Positions 56,901-64,000 of a stretch of DNA of 64,000 bases are shown here, piece by piece. The position numbers and the translations under genes are program-made. Within the stretch, counting starts at the first letter, position 1, and each line of letters starts with the position of its first letter. The notes beneath the pieces were generated by a model. The model was not told the origin of the DNA. It saw only the letters and a program-made list of their open reading frames with translations, and did not search any database. The DNA comes from Bugula neritina (lineage: Eukaryota; Animalia; Bryozoa): the NCBI GenBank assembly GCA_964035545.1, contig OZ037767.1, positions 3,359,680 to 3,423,679 on the forward strand. Direction: 5' to 3'.

Positions 56901-59283
56901 CTGGCTCGAGGAAGACTGCCTGAAGAGCTCAGAGGTAAGACAACTCTTATATAATTGTAAACTTTACACAAACTTATAAACACTTGGCTTTTTTCATGAA
57001 TTACTAGTATTTAAGCTTTCTGAAATTTTTTTTATAATACTACTTTAAATTAAAAATCATTAACTTTATTACATGTATTTAGTTTTTAAATAATTTAGTA
57101 GTTTGTTAGTTTTAGCATCTGTTTTAGTTCATATGCTTTTGCATCAAGTATAAATCGAAATAAATTTTTAAAAACATGTTTACAGATACAGCTCTTAGAC
57201 CAACAAGAAGTTACATTCTGGAAGAAGTTTATCAAAAAATATTTGTCACCTATTGACAAAGATGTGGAGAAAGAAAAGAAAATTGCTAAGGACCTCAAGG
57301 TAAAGCTATAAGGCTATATTATCATTGGTCCCTCAGGCTACACAGAATGGCTGCCTAACGAGTTTAATTTGCTTTTTGTTGAGTAATGTTGGTCAATCAC
57401 TCAAAATTATAAGTTAAAGGTAAGTTTCACTTGCCCCGCAATACAGAGAGGAAAAACTTTTGCATAGCTCATTCTTAATGCATATTGAGATTGTATATAT
57501 AATGGGTACTTATGGAATTTTTAGGATATGAGAAATAGCGTCTGCCTCGCATTCTTCATGCTCAATGCTCTGTGGATTGCCGTGATATTCATGGTTCAGG
57601 CCCAACAGGATAAACTGATCCCTATTCAAATTGCCTACCAAATCAATGGAAATAACATCACTATAGAACCTTTAGGTAAGCTTCATATCTTATAATTCCT
57701 CTCTAGTTGTTTTTAATTAATTTTTGAAACTTACATTTGGTCTAAAAACAAAAAATCAGAAAGGAACTGGGTTTAATTTTTCAATTTTCATCAGAAAGTG
57801 TTTTAAGCTTAGGATATCTATTGCAATATAATTTGAATACTAGACATGATCTGTCCCTGTTTTCTCAGTTTATTTTAAGCACTATTTATTCAGAATTTTT
57901 ATTACTCTACAACTACATAAAAGCATGCATGCTATGACTTTCAGTTGCCTTCAGTTGTTAATCTTTAACACTGTTTATTTCTGGTTGCAATGCTTTTGGT
58001 GAATAATTATTCAAGGCTTGATGATACTTTATTTCAGGACTGGCCTTTTTGTCCATATTTGGAGTGACACTCATCCTGCAGTTCCTTGGCATGTTGTGGC
58101 ACAGATGGGGCACCTTGCGTCATATCATGGCAACTACCATCATTGACTTTATCCCAGGAGTAAATACACTGAAAATAGCAAAGAAGGATGAGAGTGCAAT
58201 TATTTCTGATGCCAGGAAAACGGCGATGGCCATTGCAAGACTTGACCTTGAAACCCCAGCATCCCCATTGTCTCCTGAGGGTAAGTGGAGTTGTTTTTTA
58301 TTTTTTATAAACTTTGCAACACTTGACCACTAAAATTCACCAAATTGATTTGCATATATAAGTTGAAGAATACTTAACACTTTTATAAAATAAAATTTCC
58401 TTATAATTTTTCAAATTAGTATATTCTTATGTATAATTAAAAGATAACATATTACTTCATTATCATCTGCAAAAACAAGAAAGAGTTTATAATCATGTTG
58501 CAGATTTACGGTAGCCGATAAAAAAGCCAAACAATGTTAACTGCAGCTAATTAATAATAGTCATTATATTTTATTATTATTATTAGGACCATTATCACCG
58601 ATGAGTGAGAATGGAGAGAGAGACACCCAGTTTGGTAGAAGAAATACTGCTAGAATATCCATCCGCGACAGGTTTAAGAAAAATCTGCCTAAAGTTCTAA
58701 ACGATGCCAACAGCATAGCTAACAACAAGGAGCAGGTTGATGATCAGGCTATTCCAATGTCTCCCCCACCCCTACCCAGAAGAGGAAAGTTTGCTAAAGT
58801 CAATCGGTAAGGTCATTAGTATGTCGTCTGATATAAAACTAAATGCATTAGTCCTTTTGGAGTTTTCAGCTCTTGACAGTCTTGATAAAATAAAGTGTTA
58901 TACAATTGTTAGTTATATTAGCTCATTACAAAAATTTAGTTGACAATTTAAGTCATTTGCTAATTTTTTGCATACAGTCTATAATTTAATTTCAAATTAT
59001 ATGCATATAAAGCGTTTAGTAAATTTAAGCAATTTGTTTTTATAATTTTTGCAGATCACTATTGTATGATGCATCAGTGATAGCAGCAAAGCAAAAAATA
59101 CATGATTTACTAGCTTTAAGTTCTGTTTCAACTTGTGTCACATAGCCATGTGTTTATTGGGGAATTGTTCTCTCTTGTAGAGCACACACTGTCAGACGAG
59201 TGAAAAGGTTGCAGAGTTTGAAGCGACACCCGTCAAACGCATCCAATGTTGGCGAGAATGCAACTGAAAACACCGGTGTTTGA
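38970..59283 (+). CDS. CHS: Chitin synthase (GT2 family), 29 coding exons, ~1650 aa, no myosin head
   Basis: Exons: 38970-39187, 40242-40378, 43681-43822, 44621-44822, 45472-45618, 45770-46031, 46496-46686, 46975-47103, 47355-47504, 47863-48110, 48415-48554, 48734-48830, 49697-49888, 50532-50694, 51227-51341, 51449-51664, 52094-52257, 52687-52761, 53266-53526, 54480-54696, 55155-55304, 55595-55773, 56125-56324, 56808-56934, 57186-57299, 57525-57675, 58038-58280, 58587-58806, 59181-59283 (4953 nt, in frame). Motifs CATMWHE, KRWSQ, DGD, QRFEY, GEDRW, QRRRW, SWGTRE. The first three exons and the last exon are less certain. Confidence 0.95.
42280..42840 (+). CDS. Intronic ORF in chitin synthase intron 2: alternative first exon or nested gene
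   Basis: 186-aa ORF from a good-context ATG (aaacATGG), GC-richer than the flanking intron. It shares 17 nt (aacagaagccttttcct = QKPFP) with CHS exon 2. A possible phase-1 donor at 42764 is compatible with the 43681 acceptor. Confidence 0.5.
   Translation: MAEPNSMSDEALHALYGCSRNKEDLVSADGDEDSTQWCHHGVRIVSSRTYEAYLRKHPNIKCLNCVKIFSPAEKSLPADETQRHWPQSHGDETQLGLCDKESKNTDITVDSHGESFDKFELESPTNQARTSATDNVKLSKNISHKQKPFPGESRVHEKKRDGVGHLRYDKTPLPKDKHFIWPTSTP
44833..45065. repeat. (AATAT/AATAC)n pentanucleotide microsatellite
   Basis: Direct reading. It accounts for the Y/I/L/C-rich spurious minus-strand ORFs. A more decayed tract lies at ~43840-44075. Confidence 0.9.
52321..52543 (+). mobile_element. tRNA-derived SINE, copy 2 (CHS intron 17)
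   Basis: Reverse-complement homolog of 24684-24900; A/B-box-like head; 13-bp TSD atg(t/c)aaatcaaag (52308-52320 / 52544-52556). Confidence 0.85.
53189..53259. repeat. Short tandem repeat (~23-bp unit tatgtctgtctgtttgtctacta) just before the QRRRW exon
   Basis: About three imperfect copies, read directly. Confidence 0.7.
54847..55003. mobile_element. Degenerate palindromic MITE-like element
   Basis: ctgtcagtagctctgagttaagggtgactga pairs imperfectly with tcagtcacctccaactcagagctgcttacag; inner tcgagtttagagttt / aacttcaaactcga arms. Confidence 0.55.
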
Positions 59284-60136
59284 GCTGCTCAATATAATTA
59301 ACACAGTTTTCTTATTATTTTATTTAATATATTATATTTGTTTTTTAATTATACAACTTTTATATTATATATGCATTCCACGGAAATTTGCACAATTGTT
59401 TGGACTATATTGTCTATTGAGTTATATTACACATGTATATATTTAATCAGTATAACTTTTCTGTTTTTAGTAATTCAATAATAATTTTTATTTTATTTTA
59501 GAGATTGCAGAAAATAGCATATCTTTATAATAGGCATATCACCTAAATTATTTTACCTTTACAAAATTATGTATCGTTTGTTAAATTTTTTACAAATAGT
59601 TATATATTAGCATGCCCTTCTTCCTAAAATAGTCGATATTTCATAAAGACTTAAAATCAAGGTTACACTTAATTTTATAGGAGCCAAAAGAGAATATAAT
59701 ATAATCAAATATTATCTAATGGTAAAAGATTATGTCAATGAATATGCTACTTTTATTATGAAATAAAAATTGTAAAATAATATTATTACCCATAATGTCT
59801 TTCTTTAAATAATCACTATAACCCTAACATTTTACGATAGTGTAGGCTTTTGGAGTTATACTCTCTTTTGACTAGGAAACCCGGCAGTGTTTGCAAAGAA
59901 TAATACATCTGATCACACAAGCATGTGTTCTTCTTAAAGTTGACCAAACACCAGTGATTAGTCACAGCTCTAAAAGCCTTGCTTCAATACCAAACTTTAG
60001 CTATAATAAAATTAATAAGATTGATATTGTCTCCTGACAATAGAGTTGTAAAAAACAACCCTGGTAATTATTGATAACTGACAATCCCGACTACAATTAG
60101 TTGAATCATCACCCTGGTGGGTAATAAGCAACACAC

Positions 60137-62757
60137 TCAGCGCAGTTTAAGGGTGATTTTCTGTTTGCTAGAGCTCTTTGTAGAAGCAGAAAGAGCTCCA
60201 AATCCTGCTGTGTTCTGCAGAGATCTCTCTTTCAACTTGTCATACTCTTCCTGGAGAGATGCCAACTCCCGCTTCACAGCCACAAACTCTTTGAACGAAC
60301 AGGTTTCCTCACCTTTACCTGCAACCAATGTAGGGTCATACACCATAGCAACATGTTCATCAACATTCCCACACTAATTTTATATTGTCAAAAAAATTCA
60401 AGTTGATAAACGTGCATGAAAGATGTTTTATTATAAAATGAAACTATTAATATATGCTTATACTAAACAAATTTATATTTAGCTGATTTCAATAAAATAG
60501 CAGTGTAGCATGCAAATAATTAATTGATAGGTAATATGCTTACTTGAAATTACCTACTTACTTATGTAAAGGGCCAAATTATCTATATAAAGTACTTACT
60601 TAGTAGCGTAAGTACTAACTTACTTAGAGGAAACATTGAGGACATACTTGTAACTTGTTTAAATAATGTACTCACTTTTCAAGCGGGAAATCAGTATCTT
60701 TAGCTCATTGATTTCCATTCTCTGTTTTTCAATTTCTCTTTCCAAAGTGAATCGCTGTTTCTGTACTTCTTCCAGCTCATCCATAAGGTTGCGTATTTTC
60801 TGTTTCAGTTCCTCAATATCGGATTCTTTCCTATAAACATCTTGCTGCAGATTAGAAACCTCCTCCAGTGCCTTAATCAGTTTGTTTTTATACGACTTCA
60901 TTTCATTATCCTGTAGAGCTCCCAATGAGCTCTCCAAGTCACTGTTAGCATTCTCCAACTGCTTGACACGGTTGCGTAACTCTTTAATCGTTTGATTGGC
61001 TGCTTTCAACTCCTCTTTTGTTAGTTTACTCTGAGTAACTTCCTGTTCGAGCCGTTTCATTTCCTTTAATTGATTCGCGTTACTTTCTGTGAGACTCGAC
61101 ACTTTAGACTACAATATTGTATAAATTATAATTTTTAGCAGATGAAGCATATGATGAACTAAAGATTCCAGCAAACTAATAAATTTTAAAGAATCCACAA
61201 CACACCTCATTTGTTCAGTATCAAAATATTCACATATATCTTAGCTATCATCTAGACATCTACAGACTGTTTGAGAGTTGCATGCTCAAGCAATTTTGTT
61301 TTCTGATAAATTTTATGCAAACATGTCTTGAATTAATTAGGGGTTTTTACTTGCTTGCTAATGATGCTTCCAGTCAGCTCTGAAGTCTGTGGTTTTATAA
61401 AAATAATAGTAACTATTGTTGACTTTCATTGCATGCTGTTCTTAGCTGCACAGCTTAATCTCAGAGCTGGCTTGAAAGTTTACAGAACTTTTTTAACTTT
61501 ATGGTATAGATAAAGTGTGTAGGAGTTTCTTTGAATAAGTTGAATAAAACAAACCAACAGAAAACCTTACCATTAGTTATTGCATGGTGACAATCTTAAT
61601 ATAGTATCATAAAATACAACATAATACCTTGATAAGACATTTATTGTGAGTGGACACTGGCTATATTTGAAGGATATTTTGTTACAGTTGACTCATTATT
61701 TGGGTATAAGGAAATCTTTATTAAACTTTACTGAGCTGAAGTCAGTTTGAGCAGTGTTACTGTAGCTGATCAAATTTTAAAATTTAATAACAAAGATAAA
61801 TGCAATTAAAGAATATTCTTTGATGACTATTCTTAGTACAAAACTGCTTTCATCAGCTGTTTACATTATATTGAGATCTTTGATCTGAAAAGTTAATAAG
61901 TTAAAGCGTCCTTTTCTATACAGACTAATTAATTCTTCGATAATACAACAGCCGGAGTCTTTTAGTAAGAAATGTGCAAATTGAAAAGCCAATTAAAAAT
62001 GGTGCCAGTAGCCTTTGCCTTAACACTGCAAGAAAATCTGTGGCTAACCTTTTTTATATAAAGAGTTTAGCTGCCCACCTCCAACTTTCAAGCTGCATGC
62101 TGACCATGGTGTACAACAAACTAGAATATATCAGCTTTATGTATTCTCACCTGTAAATTGCTGATCTGTACCTTGTACATCTCATTCTGTTCTCTCAGCT
62201 CACTCTGATTGGCCGAAATTGCAGCCTTTGCCTTCAAAGCCTCTTCTAAACTGGCGTTCAACTATGAAAACATGTTTTAAAACAAATGAACAATTTCGAA
62301 TTTATAGTTTCTAGTTATAACAAAATGCAGTCATGCAGATATATGGAGTTCAGCAAACACTTTTCATGTGATGCAACTTTTCACCATCAATATTGTTTAC
62401 TCTTTAAAACAGACATCTGAATATACAAACTACGGCCATATTTTAAAAAATACTTCCTTAATTCAATGTATTATATACAAGTAATATATATTCATTATGT
62501 ACTATATATTTTATATATTATATATATTATTGTATAATTAAACATGTTTTACACTGCCAACTCTATCCAATTACTTTTTGTAGTCTTTCTATTTCAGCGG
62601 CCATTTCTCTAGTCTGCGTCTCTAGCCTCTGCTCAGCTTCTAGCTTCTCCTTCTTCAGTTTTATTTGTTCTTCCTGGTGTTTCCTGACTAAGGCTGCACT
62701 TATCTCGTCAGCTTTAGCTAGCGTCTGCTCTTGGATGAGTTTGATTTTTTTCTGAGC
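60137..62757 (-). CDS. 3' exons of an unidentified long coiled-coil protein (gene continues beyond the window)
   Basis: Exons (minus): 62757-62575, 62261-62151, 61108-60676, 60318-60137. GT-AG, phases 0,0,1 consistent. E/K/L/Q-rich heptad pattern throughout; no start codon in the window. Confidence 0.8.
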
Positions 62758-64000
62758 CTAATGATTGCACATCACAAATATATTATGAGTAATCATTAGA
62801 CTAAAATTGAAAATTAAATTAATTTCAATCTTCCATGAATGGAACTTTAAAACAAATGTGATGTATGCATATAAATATTTCATGATAAATAAAAACATAA
62901 AAAATAATTCTTTTTATATTAAAAGGCATAAAATAATTTTTCATAATAAAATGTAGGATTTAAGTTTAGTGCAATGACTTAAATTTGCATAATGCAAATA
63001 TGAAAACAGATTGCGTACAAGTATTCTAATTAATATCGGGTAATAGATGTTACTGCTAATGGATTTCACTACACACAGTTTAGTTTGTTCTAATTACATT
63101 CTATTGACTCAACTAATGCCCCACTCTTATTGGTCAATATATTGAAAAACAGTACATTAACCCATAAATAAAAAAGTAACACCAATTGTTTACCACTATG
63201 ACTTGAACTATCAACAACTATTATAAATACTACAGACTACTTCAGTAGATGTATGGCCCATTGATTATAATACTTTCCTTTTAGATATTGAATTTGTTAG
63301 CAGCAAAAGGAAATTGAATAAATCAATAAGTATAGTTTCATTTTCTACCTAATTCAAACTATCATCTTTTTTTTAAATATGTAGTGAGAAAGCTTAAAAA
63401 TTATAGTGATAAATAAAAGAGAGAACTTTAAAAACAACCAATCACATTTACTTCATCACAAACAGTAGCCAATTATATTTGCAACAACATGGAATGTACA
63501 TAGTAAAATCCAAGGTTGATTGGTGAAGCCTGATAAAATTAATTTCTCTAAAACTTATTGTACATTCAATATATAGCACTAATGACATTAATACAGTAAA
63601 ATCAATAAGAAGTGCCTATTTGATGTACGTGCGGTATGAACCCCTGCATACTATAAAATATAAACCTTAGCAAACTGTAAGCAAATGAGAGTCAAATATT
63701 GACAACATTGTTAAACTGATTGTTGGATGGTAATTTGATAAGCTATGCTATATAATACTTATTAAAAACTTTAATTTATGTATACAACAGCTCATTATAA
63801 AATTTAGCCTAGTTCTTTTAGTTTAGAAATTATTTTCTGTTAATGGGGTTTTCAGTTATTAATATATAATTAAAGTAGATGATATAAAATAGTTCATGAA
63901 CCTGGTCAATAATGAAATGTTATGCATAATTTCATTGCATAATAGTTTTTTTAATGGTAACATGGTTGCAATAAACACACAATTTAGCGATTATGAATTA

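Overview
AT-rich, intron-rich animal genomic DNA, probably from an invertebrate (chitin synthase plus tRNA-derived SINEs; the species cannot be read from the sequence). I spliced the exons by hand (GT-AG, reading phase checked) and recovered six genes. (1) A complete cathepsin L, minus strand, 330 aa. (2) A small plus-strand gene resembling a secreted peptide precursor (~7.1-7.9 kb). (3, 4) A tandem pair of immunoglobulin-superfamily genes on the minus strand. Copy A (23941->9952, 11 coding exons, 460 aa) is signal peptide + V-like + two further Ig domains + Thr/Pro stalk + TM + an acidic tail built from five micro-exons spread over 11 kb. Copy B (35465->31815, 383 aa) has the same intact ectodomain but is cut off inside the TM helix and ends in a GPI-signal-like tail. 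(5) A 29-exon chitin synthase, plus strand, ~1650 aa. (6) The 3' end of an unidentified coiled-coil gene, minus strand. Repeats include a hAT-type foldback element with a 2.5-kb AT minisatellite nested inside a CAC...GTG element, two copies of a tRNA-SINE, MITEs and a local inverted triplication. A 225-bp (TA)n-flanked element carries a complete minimal hammerhead ribozyme, in the sense orientation within intron 2 of Ig copy B. The best candidate for an undescribed system is the paired membrane/anchor-switched V-domain receptor locus, with loop-focused divergence and phase-compatible cassettes. The ribozyme and the peptide precursor come next. No database searches were run; family assignments rest on motifs visible in the sequence.
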